Origin: Promethearchaeota archaeon
GTDB lineage: Archaea; Asgardarchaeota; Lokiarchaeia; Sigyniarchaeales; SOKP01
Assembly: GCA_030603385.1 (NCBI GenBank)
Contig: JAUVXW010000009.1
Span: 62,958-126,957, forward strand
Reading direction: 5' to 3'
Length of the DNA: 64,000 nt
The notes beneath the pieces were generated by a model. The model was not told the DNA's origin, made no database searches, and saw only the letters and a list, made by a program, of their open reading frames with translations. The number at the start of each line of letters is the position of its first letter. The stretch's first letter is position 1. Shown here in pieces: positions 38,659-47,232 of this stretch. A program made the translations under genes and the position numbers.

Positions 38659-39581
38659 AAAATATGGATGAAGCAATTCTAATAATTGTTATTATTTCTA
38701 TTGTAGTGACTGTTACTATAAATTTAATAATATACATGTTTTTAAGAAATAAATTTCAGGCAATAGATATAATTAGAGATTCTGCTATTAAACTTGATAC
38801 AACGGTTTCAACAATTACTACCTTAAGTGGTAATCTTTTTAAGCAAATAGCTGGTTTGACAAAACTTCAATCAGAATTAAAATTAAATTTTCAAAGTTTC
38901 TATGATAAACTTATAATGAAACCATCTGTAAAAGGAAGGGTAGGAGAAGGAATTATCAAATTTATTTTGAGTAGTTTTCCCGAAAAATTATGGAAGGAAC
39001 AATATAAAATTTCTGGCTCTGGTGTAGTAGATTTCGCAATTTTTATGCCACCAGATGATAGAATATTACCAATGGATGCCAAATTTTCATTACCAGAAGA
39101 AGGAATAATAGATAAGGAGTTAGAAGAAGGAGAAATTGTGTTTTTAAATAAGGAACAGAGAAAAAAAGCCAATTCACAAGTAATCAAGAGAATGCGAGAG
39201 GTTACCAAATATATTAATCCATTAGAGGGAACAATGAATTTTGCTTTAATGTTTATCCCAGATTCAGTTTATTTAGCTTTAACAAATGAAACATTGAGTG
39301 AATTACAATCGAATAGAGTTATTCCCGTAAATACAAGTGGTTTAATAAGCACACTATTCTTAATAGAACGTCAATATGTTTCGATAAGAATAAGTAAAGC
39401 TGTGGAAAGATTAGAGGATATAAAATCCACAATGGAATATCAATTTATTAAAATCTCTAATACATTGAAAAAGGCAGAAACACAGGGAGAAAATTCAAAT
39501 AAGAATATTACAAATGCTATTCAGCAGATTAAAAAAGCAGAGAGTAAAATTTTGGTAAGTTTTGGTTTGTTAGAGGAATAA
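38655..39581 (+). CDS. rmuC: RmuC-family PD-(D/E)XK protein
   Basis: N-terminal TM, KGRVGE, EQY, VDFAI, PMDAKFS, KYINPLEGTMNFALMFIP. Confidence 0.85.
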   Translation: MKNMDEAILIIVIISIVVTVTINLIIYMFLRNKFQAIDIIRDSAIKLDTTVSTITTLSGNLFKQIAGLTKLQSELKLNFQSFYDKLIMKPSVKGRVGEGIIKFILSSFPEKLWKEQYKISGSGVVDFAIFMPPDDRILPMDAKFSLPEEGIIDKELEEGEIVFLNKEQRKKANSQVIKRMREVTKYINPLEGTMNFALMFIPDSVYLALTNETLSELQSNRVIPVNTSGLISTLFLIERQYVSIRISKAVERLEDIKSTMEYQFIKISNTLKKAETQGENSNKNITNAIQQIKKAESKILVSFGLLEE

Positions 39582-39606
39582 GAATAATTTAAAGGAGGGA
39601 TAAAAG

Positions 39607-40020
39607 GTGAGTGAACTTGATAATGTAAAGGTAGGAGATATAGTTTCAAATATGTATGTTTTAAAAGGAGAGATGACTCAAATTATGCTGGACAAGATGA
39701 AAATTTTTGAGGAACTTAATCTTGGAAAATATGTTGCTATTCACAATAACAAGGCAACCTGGAGTTTTGTGTTTTGGCTTTGGAATTTTGATGTAAGGAG
39801 ATTTGAATCAATAAAAGAGTATGATGAATTAATAAAAATGAACGATGAGATAATAAAAAGGTATGAGGAATTTACAAAAGAGAAAGTCGAATTAAAAAAA
39901 GATGACATACAAATTACCAAAACAAACTCTAAAAAACCTATTTATAGGGTATCTGATGATTATATGTCTTGGATTCATAATTATGATATAAAAAAAAGAG
40001 TAGATAAATTAAAAAGATAA
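39607..40020 (+). CDS. ETGK-like module protein, paralogue of 30681-31217
   Basis: DNVKVGDIV...MKIFEELNLGKYVAIHNNKATWSFVFW. Confidence 0.7.
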   Translation: MSELDNVKVGDIVSNMYVLKGEMTQIMLDKMKIFEELNLGKYVAIHNNKATWSFVFWLWNFDVRRFESIKEYDELIKMNDEIIKRYEEFTKEKVELKKDDIQITKTNSKKPIYRVSDDYMSWIHNYDIKKRVDKLKR

Positions 40021-40271
40021 TAACAAATATAATTCTAAATTTTTTTCTTTAAAATTGAGTCCAAATAAATTCAATTAAGAATATTTAATTTCATCCTATT
40101 TTTAATCAATTTAATTTATATATTATTCATTTTTGGATTAATGGATTGATGTTTTTAATATAATCAACTAATTTAATGATATTTATCGATTTTTTGAAGT
40201 TTTCTTTATATATTTCAAAATCCCGTCTACTCGTGATATATTAGAATTCGGTTTGAAATAAAATTCTAATC

Positions 40272-40315
40272 TTTCTCAATTGTATCTAATTGAGTTTTCT
40301 CAATTGTATCTAATT
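40272..40315 (+). repeat. Tandem 20-bp direct repeat TTTCTCAATTGTATCTAATT x2
   Basis: Copies at 40272-40291 and 40296-40315. Confidence 0.8.
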
Positions 40316-40471
40316 TTTTTTCTTTTTTGATTTTATAATTTTCTCGATAGAAATTTTTACATAATCTCCTTTATTTAAATCCAATAAAGTTGCTATATCT
40401 TTTCGAACATTGATATACAAAGAATTACCGATCTCTCTAATCTTCTCCACGCTATCAATTTTATTTTCCAT
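40310..40471 (-). CDS. AbrB/MazE/SpoVT-type DNA-binding protein, 53 aa (not in ORF track)
   Basis: KIREIGNSLYINVRKDIATLLDLNKGDYVKISI. Confidence 0.8.
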   Translation of the reverse strand: MENKIDSVEKIREIGNSLYINVRKDIATLLDLNKGDYVKISIEKIIKSKKKKN

Positions 40472-40704
40472 AATCAAGAAAATTAAGTTTATATTTAATG
40501 TAGTAAATTCTAAACATTTTTTAATTTTCTTATTATTTTCTATAACTTTACATATGATATTTTTACATTTCCGTAAACTTAATTAACTTTATATTTAACT
40601 AAGTTTAAGAATTCTTATGTAAACATTTACTTGCTTAATATTAAATACGACCAAATTTATATTATAAATAATAAAATAAATTTAAATAAAAGAGATATGA
40701 AAAA

Positions 40705-41235
40705 ATGAAAAATAAAAAAATGATATTTGGAACAATAATACTTTTATTTGTTATGATAGGAATTTCTAATACACCAAATGTATCTGCTGAAGAAACAATT
40801 GAGATACCGCCATTATCATATTATTATTATCATATGGGTTATTTGGAAAATGGAGATTATATTAGAATTATTAACATTAATCCTGAAAGTGGAGGAATTA
40901 ATGTTTATATTATGAATGATCGACAATTCAGTAGACTTCAAGATACTGGTTATTTTTCTTCTGAAAAGATGTGGGAGGATATTGCACAAATAAGTGGTTG
41001 GTCAATTGAAATTACAGATGATGATTATTATTATGTTGTTCTATATAATGATGATATACTTTTTTCAAGGACTGTAGTAGTTGATATAGAGATTTTATAT
41101 CATTCTCCTGCTAAATCAAATGATAATAACTGGAATTTGTTATTTATTATACTCCCCGCTATTGCTGTTGTAATTGTTGTATTAGTTCTTGTTATAAGAC
41201 ATAAGAGAAAAAGTTCAGGAGAACCAATAATCTAA
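40705..41235 (+). CDS. Secreted beta-sandwich (GOLD/emp24-like) protein with C-terminal TM
   Basis: Signal peptide, INVYIMN, DDYYYVVLYN, TM+RHKRK. Confidence 0.72.
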   Translation: MKNKKMIFGTIILLFVMIGISNTPNVSAEETIEIPPLSYYYYHMGYLENGDYIRIININPESGGINVYIMNDRQFSRLQDTGYFSSEKMWEDIAQISGWSIEITDDDYYYVVLYNDDILFSRTVVVDIEILYHSPAKSNDNNWNLLFIILPAIAVVIVVLVLVIRHKRKSSGEPII

Positions 41236-41265
41236 ATGTGGAGTTAAATAACTAAATTTATTTTT

Positions 41266-41291
41266 TTTATTTTAAAATAACAAATAGGAGG
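41266..41291 (+). repeat. Gene-junction repeat copy H (partial)
   Basis: TTTATTTTAAAATAACAAATAGGAGG. Confidence 0.6.
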
Positions 41292-41297
41292 CGTAAA

Positions 41298-41537
41298 ATG
41301 GCAAAGTTAAGAGGTATACATATATTATATGGAATTGGAAGTGTTATAGTAATAATTTTTGTATGGATAATAATAGCTCCCGCTGAAATAAGTTATTATA
41401 CATCTTATAATTGGGAATTCGATTATTGGTCATTTCAACGAGATTTAACTGATAGACTTTATCCATTTGTAATTATTATTATAACAATTGTAGGATTTTT
41501 TATAATTCCTTATGTATACGATAAGAAATTAAAATAA
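41298..41537 (+). CDS. Small 2-TM membrane protein
   Basis: Two hydrophobic helices. Confidence 0.7.
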   Translation: MAKLRGIHILYGIGSVIVIIFVWIIIAPAEISYYTSYNWEFDYWSFQRDLTDRLYPFVIIIITIVGFFIIPYVYDKKLK

Positions 41538-41556
41538 TTTTTTTTCTTTTGATAAT

Positions 41557-41590
41557 AAAAGGTCTAAAGTTTTTTTCTTTAGACCTTTTT
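41557..41590 (+). terminator. Perfect 13-bp hairpin, terminator-like
   Basis: AAAAGGTCTAAAG-T7-CTTTAGACCTTTT, 20 nt after a stop codon. Confidence 0.6.
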
Positions 41591-41970
41591 GCTCAATTAT
41601 ATGATCCTTAAAAATTTTAGAATTCCATCTACTCGTGATATGTCCATATTATTTTAAAAATAATTTGGCTTTTTCATATCTACTCGTTGGTGTAATTTGG
41701 TTTAATTTCAAATCGAAAAATTTTTGATTTGAATTTTATCATGATTTTGGTCATTGGATTTTTTCTCCAATGATGAACTTCCAAATTCTTTTTGGAAGTT
41801 GAACTTTCATTTGATTTTTGCTTTTAATTTCTTTAAAAGCAATTTTTCATCAATCGTGATTTCAATACCTAAGAGATTCTCAGATGCTAAAAGTTATTTG
41901 TATGATTAGAAAATTTAAATAAATATAGAATATTATTCTAATTAATAGAATAACTCAAAGTGATTATTAG

Positions 41971-42540
41971 ATGGCTTTTATTTGTCCAGAACCAAATTGT
42001 AATAGAGAATTTGATAGTAAAGGATCACTGGCTCGACATAGAAATTGGCATAGACCAGGATATAGGAAAAGTCTTTCAAAAATACATAAAGAAGTATGGA
42101 ATCAACCAGGATTTAGAGAAAGTATGAGTGGAGAAAATAATCCTATATATGGTAAATTTGGAAAAGAAAGTAGTGCTTATAAAGAAGATGCTAAATATAA
42201 AGCAAATCATAGATGGATTAGAATACACTATCCTCCAGAAGAATTTTGTAATAAATGCGAAATATGTGAAATAATAAATCTGAATTTAAATTTAGCTCAA
42301 TTTAGACATGTAAATGTAAGGAATATGGAGGATCCAATGGTAGATTACCTGTACATCTGCCCAAGAACAGAAAAGAATAGTTGCCATCGAATTTATGATA
42401 CCTTATCTGATAAACAGAAAAAAGAATTATTGGAAGGAGCCATTACAAGAGAAGAGAAATTAGAAAGAGTCAGAGAATATGTATTGAAAATAAAAAAATA
42501 TTTATTAAATGGTTATATTTTTAGAAAGTTTAAAATCTAA
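41971..42540 (+). CDS. C2H2 zinc finger + NUMOD3-like + HNH-like endonuclease, paralogue of 26084-26674
   Basis: CPEPNCNREFDSKGSLARHRNWH; SGENNPIYGK; YKANHRWI...CEIC...C...CHRIYD. Confidence 0.72.
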   Translation: MAFICPEPNCNREFDSKGSLARHRNWHRPGYRKSLSKIHKEVWNQPGFRESMSGENNPIYGKFGKESSAYKEDAKYKANHRWIRIHYPPEEFCNKCEICEIINLNLNLAQFRHVNVRNMEDPMVDYLYICPRTEKNSCHRIYDTLSDKQKKELLEGAITREEKLERVREYVLKIKKYLLNGYIFRKFKI

Positions 42541-42859
42541 TAAATTTGAGTATTAAATGAATGTATTATGGAAATTAATTATATATATAAAATCCTTTAA
42601 ATATATCGATTATTCGAAAAAATTGGATTTAGTAAATATGAAATAAGGATTTTATAGAAATTCAAAAATCTTAAAGATTATGATGTATTTAGTTTTTAGA
42701 TCTAAAAAGATTATTATTAATATTTGTGTTCTAAAATCGTGTAAATCATAAATTATAATTAACGTAAAGAGAATTAGAAAATTCTTTAGAAATATTCATA
42801 AATTTATTAAAAAATTTTAAAAAGATTTGATAGACATTGTAATTATAAAATTACTATTT

Positions 42860-43423
42860 CTAAAAATTCCCACATCCGGTACATTTCGCGTCAAGATATG
42901 CGGCACAATTTTTGCAGATATTTCCACATTTGCTTTCTTGACTTTCTTGACTGAAAAGATTAAGAGGCAGATATTTTGGTAAAATGAGATCTGAAGCAAA
43001 GATTGAAGCTGAATGGAGAATTCCTTTTTTATTCGTAGGACCGCAATAATTTAGATATCTGTCTAGAACATCGACGTTTTGCCCAATGATTCCTAAAATT
43101 AGGTTATACTGACCAGTCACATGTGCTAACATAAAAACTCTTGGGCAATCTTCATAGGCTTTAATTACATTTTGCACTTCTTCGTAGTTACTCATTTCCA
43201 TTAATATAAATGCAGCTTTGTATTGAAGTTTCTTAATATTAGTATTCGCCTGGACCTTAAGAATCCCCTTATCTTCCAATTTTGTGATTCTTTTTGCTAT
43301 TCCCGTATGACTCATAGTTTCGGTACCAGATTTAAATATGATTTTTTCTAAGTTTGTTAAGCTCTCACGCCCATTGTTAAATAATGCTTTTAATATTTGT
43401 TTATCAATACCATCTAATTGCAT
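42860..43423 (-). CDS. Lrp/AsnC-family regulator with Cys-rich C-terminus
   Basis: LDGIDKQIL...RITKLEDKGIL; VTGQYNL; C-x3-CKNC...CTGC. Confidence 0.88.
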   Translation of the reverse strand: MQLDGIDKQILKALFNNGRESLTNLEKIIFKSGTETMSHTGIAKRITKLEDKGILKVQANTNIKKLQYKAAFILMEMSNYEEVQNVIKAYEDCPRVFMLAHVTGQYNLILGIIGQNVDVLDRYLNYCGPTNKKGILHSASIFASDLILPKYLPLNLFSQESQESKCGNICKNCAAYLDAKCTGCGNF

Positions 43424-43719
43424 AATTTCTAGTTTAATAATGAAATGATTAGTTAATATTATCTTGATTCACAGTTTTTAAAACATGTCGTTATAAATAA
43501 TATAGTTATAACCATACTGCAGAAACTAACATTGTAAAAACTATTTATTTCAAGTTGCAAATGAAGATAATTCTCCAATTAAAGTTATGGATATTTCGCA
43601 GCTTTTACTCGATTGCGAATTTTATTGAAAGATTTTCCAGAATTCAAATAAATTATTAGTTTAACCATGAAAATTTATTAATTTTTATTTAAATTTGGAA
43701 AACTTTTAAGACTGCTTGT

Positions 43720-46131
43720 TTATTTAACGGTTAAAAATGAATAAGCTAATTCATTTTTTCTTTCTATCGTTAATTTATTACTTATAATAGGAAAATCAAA
43801 AATTATTTCACTTATATCCGAATTCGAGTTGAAACTTTCAAATGAGCGAATGTTTATTCTAGATTTTGGAGGTGTTTCTAATTGAGTATCATTCAATTTC
43901 CCGTTTTCAAGTAACCTGAGCTCACCAATTGAATCGGATTGCTTTATTAATTCGTTTTTACTTTCTATAGTAAGTTTTTTACTAATAAAGGGATAATCAA
44001 AGACATTATCAATGTTATCTGAATTCAAAGAGATATTTTCAAGTGAGGGAATATTCTTAATAGATTTTGGGAGAGATATTAGTTGATTGTTATTCAAATT
44101 CAACTTTTTAAGTGATTTAAGCTTTCCAATTGAGTGAGGTAAATATTTCAATTTGTTTCCATTTAACCATATTTCTTCAAGAGATAATAACGAACTTATT
44201 GATTTTGGAATTCGTAAAATATTATTTCCACTAATATTTAACTTTTCAAGCAAATGAAGTGAACCGATAGTGTCAGGAATCTTTTTTAATTGATTATCAC
44301 TTAATTTGAGGATTTTAAGAGATGTTATTTGGTCAATACACTCTGGTAGAATCTCAATTTTATTACGAGAAGCATCCAAAAATTCAAGTGAAGAAAGAAG
44401 ACATATTGATTCGGGAAATTTTTGTATTTTATTTCTGTTCAAACATAAAACCTTAAGCGAAGCTAGAGATCCAAGCGAAATGGGAAGTTTTTCAATTTTA
44501 TTCCAACCTAATTTCAGAGTTTCTAATGATCTCAGTAATCCAATAGATCTGGGGAGGATTCTGAGTTTATTATCTTCTATACATAGAGTCTTGAGTGAAG
44601 AAACTGAATTTATTGAATCTGGGATTTTTTTCAAATTATTATTATCTAAATTAAGGTTTTCAAGTGAATAGAGTAATCCAATCGAATGTGTTAGATATTC
44701 TATTTTGTTTGAATTTAAGTTTAATGATCTAAGAGATTTAAGAGCGCTTATTGATGATGGAATCTGCTTTAAATTGTTCTTACCGGCATTAAGCTTTTCT
44801 AATGACTCAAGATATCCAATAGAACTAGGGAGATTTGCTATATTATTATTTTCTAAATTTAAATCTCGGAGAGAAGAAAGAGTTCCTATTGAATAAGGTA
44901 GTTTTTGTAATTTATTATTGCTTAAATTTAATATTCTAAGTGAAGTAAGAGAAGAAATAGACTTCGGGATAGCCTTAAGGTTATTTTCTTGTAAACCTAA
45001 AACTTTTAAATGTTTAAAAGATCCTATTGATTCAGGAAGGTTATATAACCTACATCCTTTTAATATTAAAGAGCGAAGTGAATGAAAATGTTTAATGAAG
45101 TCTGGTATAGTAGTTATTGGTGCGCTTTCAATATGAATTGAAATGACTTCTCCTTTCTCTACATTATATTCCATCGAGGGGTATTTGTTTTTAAAAAATG
45201 AAATAGTTATATAATTCCTTAAAATGTCTGATAATTTTGAAAGAGAAATATTTTCAATTTTCTGATGAGATTTTAATAGAGCTTTAATTGATAAACTGAA
45301 TTTCTTATCAGATATTTTGTTTAATTGAGTAATCAAAGCATTTTTAGCTGTAATATTATTTAATCTTTCCAGAGCTTCTATTAAAGCAATTGAACTCTTA
45401 TAGGTGAATTCATTCTTTAAAACCCATTGTAATGAGAAGAATTCTACCTTCCTTAAGTATTTTAAATTTTTTATTCCGATTATATCAGAACAATTTTCGA
45501 GTGATTCTCTATCACGCCAATATATTATTTGATTATCAACATTTGAAAAATCTAGTTCATTAATATATCCGCTTTCAATTTTGTAATTGATTTTATCAAA
45601 TTTATTTTTCAAATTATTAATGGTGATTAAGCCTATAAGCATTTCTACTAATTTATCGGGAGAAGATTGTTCAATTATATTCTGAGTAAACAAGGGATTT
45701 ATCCATTTCCACATCTTATCCCAGGAAATTTTTTTTATTTCATTAATCAATGTTGAAACAATTCTATCATCACCGATTTTTTCCAAAGATTTAATCACTG
45801 TGATCAGACAATCATAAGAAGACTCATGTTGAAGAGTCCAAAGAAAAGGATTTAAAGCGTTTTTAATGAATTTATTTTTTATAACTTTTGCTGCGGAATA
45901 TCGCAAATCTTCATTTGGTTCAGAGATTAATATTTGTTCTAAAATTTTAAAAACTTTTACACTTTTAAGATCAAGTTTGTTTAATGTATCAATGCATTCC
46001 TTTCTAACTATATCATCTTCAATATTTTCAATTAGAGTAATTAACAGATCTACGGTTTCTTTTTTACCCACTTTTTCTTTTAAGTAATTTTCATAAATTT
46101 TTTTTGGTATTAACCCCATTTTATATACCAT
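43720..46131 (-). CDS. HEAT-repeat + leucine-rich repeat protein
   Basis: About 15 23-aa LPxSIGxLxxLxxLxLxxNxL repeats; N-terminal HEAT-like helices. Confidence 0.93.
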   Translation of the reverse strand: MVYKMGLIPKKIYENYLKEKVGKKETVDLLITLIENIEDDIVRKECIDTLNKLDLKSVKVFKILEQILISEPNEDLRYSAAKVIKNKFIKNALNPFLWTLQHESSYDCLITVIKSLEKIGDDRIVSTLINEIKKISWDKMWKWINPLFTQNIIEQSSPDKLVEMLIGLITINNLKNKFDKINYKIESGYINELDFSNVDNQIIYWRDRESLENCSDIIGIKNLKYLRKVEFFSLQWVLKNEFTYKSSIALIEALERLNNITAKNALITQLNKISDKKFSLSIKALLKSHQKIENISLSKLSDILRNYITISFFKNKYPSMEYNVEKGEVISIHIESAPITTIPDFIKHFHSLRSLILKGCRLYNLPESIGSFKHLKVLGLQENNLKAIPKSISSLTSLRILNLSNNKLQKLPYSIGTLSSLRDLNLENNNIANLPSSIGYLESLEKLNAGKNNLKQIPSSISALKSLRSLNLNSNKIEYLTHSIGLLYSLENLNLDNNNLKKIPDSINSVSSLKTLCIEDNKLRILPRSIGLLRSLETLKLGWNKIEKLPISLGSLASLKVLCLNRNKIQKFPESICLLSSLEFLDASRNKIEILPECIDQITSLKILKLSDNQLKKIPDTIGSLHLLEKLNISGNNILRIPKSISSLLSLEEIWLNGNKLKYLPHSIGKLKSLKKLNLNNNQLISLPKSIKNIPSLENISLNSDNIDNVFDYPFISKKLTIESKNELIKQSDSIGELRLLENGKLNDTQLETPPKSRINIRSFESFNSNSDISEIIFDFPIISNKLTIERKNELAYSFLTVK

Positions 46132-46295
46132 TTTTAACCTTAATCGAGTCCAAGTTGAATTTACTTTACGAACCTCTTATCTGCTTCAACGAAACAATTC
46201 TTAATAACGATGGTTTTAAGAGGCTCTTTAGTTATAAATTGATTTTAACCCAATCCAATGTGAATGTAGCGAAACTAAATTTCATTAAATTTCTA

Positions 46296-46487
46296 TCACA
46301 TTTCAACATTCATCAGATTAGAATAAAGATCTTTCCCCTTTTTATCTGTAATGGAAAATTTTAAACGTGGTGTTCCTGCTAATAATAGTTTAAAATATTG
46401 ATCAGTATTTTTTTTTCCTTCAACTTCAAATTCAGGGAGGGTTACTTTTTCTTCATGTTTAATTTCAATTAGGGTAGCGTCAACCAT
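46296..46487 (-). CDS. Small hypothetical protein
   Basis: 63-aa ATG ORF. Confidence 0.5.
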   Translation of the reverse strand: MVDATLIEIKHEEKVTLPEFEVEGKKNTDQYFKLLLAGTPRLKFSITDKKGKDLYSNLMNVEM

Positions 46488-46672
46488 ACATTTTCAACTT
46501 TTTATTTTCAATTTACATTAATTTCTTTTACTTAAATTAGAATTCGAAATGGTCATATATAAATATATCGTTTAAAGATTAATTTAAACAGCGCAATTGA
46601 TTCTGGTTTCAATTTGCTACAAAATATTATTTAAAAGTTTAAGTTTGAAAATTTGTCAATAAACAAATTTTG

Positions 46673-46803
46673 TTTTAGGTTCAGTTAATAAGATTGATGA
46701 ATTCTTTTGAATAATTATTCATTTTATTGTAAATTTCGTCTATAAAGGTACCAATTCTAGCAATTCTTGCTAATTCTTAGAATAATTTAGCTAATTTGAT
46801 AAT
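46673..46803 (+). repeat. Dispersed ~125-bp repeat, copy 2
   Basis: Matches 6970-7094. Confidence 0.85.
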
Positions 46804-46978
46804 AATACTAAAAAAAATATTTCTGATAAAAATACAGAGAAAAACCATTCAATAAGTTATAGATAGAAATGTATAAGTTTCAAATCCCTATTAAATAATT
46901 TTAAATAGAGTAAAATATAATCCCAATTATCGATTTAATATCGAATATATATTCACAAAATTAAATAATAAAATAGGA

Positions 46979-47221
46979 TTGAAGAAAATGGTAGATATTA
47001 CGGAAACACTGGATTGCACGGGCGAAGTATGTCCCTATCCAGATGTAAAAAGCAAAAGAAAAGTAAAAAAGATGAATTCAGGAGAAGTCTTAGAAATATT
47101 AGTTGATTATCCTCTTTCAGCTGAAAGAATTCCCGAGACCATGGAATCTTTAGGGCATAAAGTGCTATCTGCTGATAAAACCGGAACTTCTGCTTGGAAG
47201 ATTTTAATCCAAATAAAATAA
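46979..47221 (+). CDS. tusA: TusA/SirA/YedF-family sulfur carrier
   Basis: LDCTGEVCPYP motif. Confidence 0.9.
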   Translation: MKKMVDITETLDCTGEVCPYPDVKSKRKVKKMNSGEVLEILVDYPLSAERIPETMESLGHKVLSADKTGTSAWKILIQIK

Positions 47222-47232
47222 GGTGAAAAAAA

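Larger units (their letters stand above)
9260..42820. mobile_element. Integrated plasmid/virus-like element (~33 kb); boundaries approximate
   Basis: Tyrosine recombinase at one end, D5-type helicase, ParB, MTase, nucleases, dense short orphan ORFs, long very AT-rich spacers; host-type genes on both sides. Confidence 0.88.

Noticed and set aside
44306-46364. Plus-strand ORFs within the LRR gene
   Set aside because: Antisense shadows of LRR repeats.
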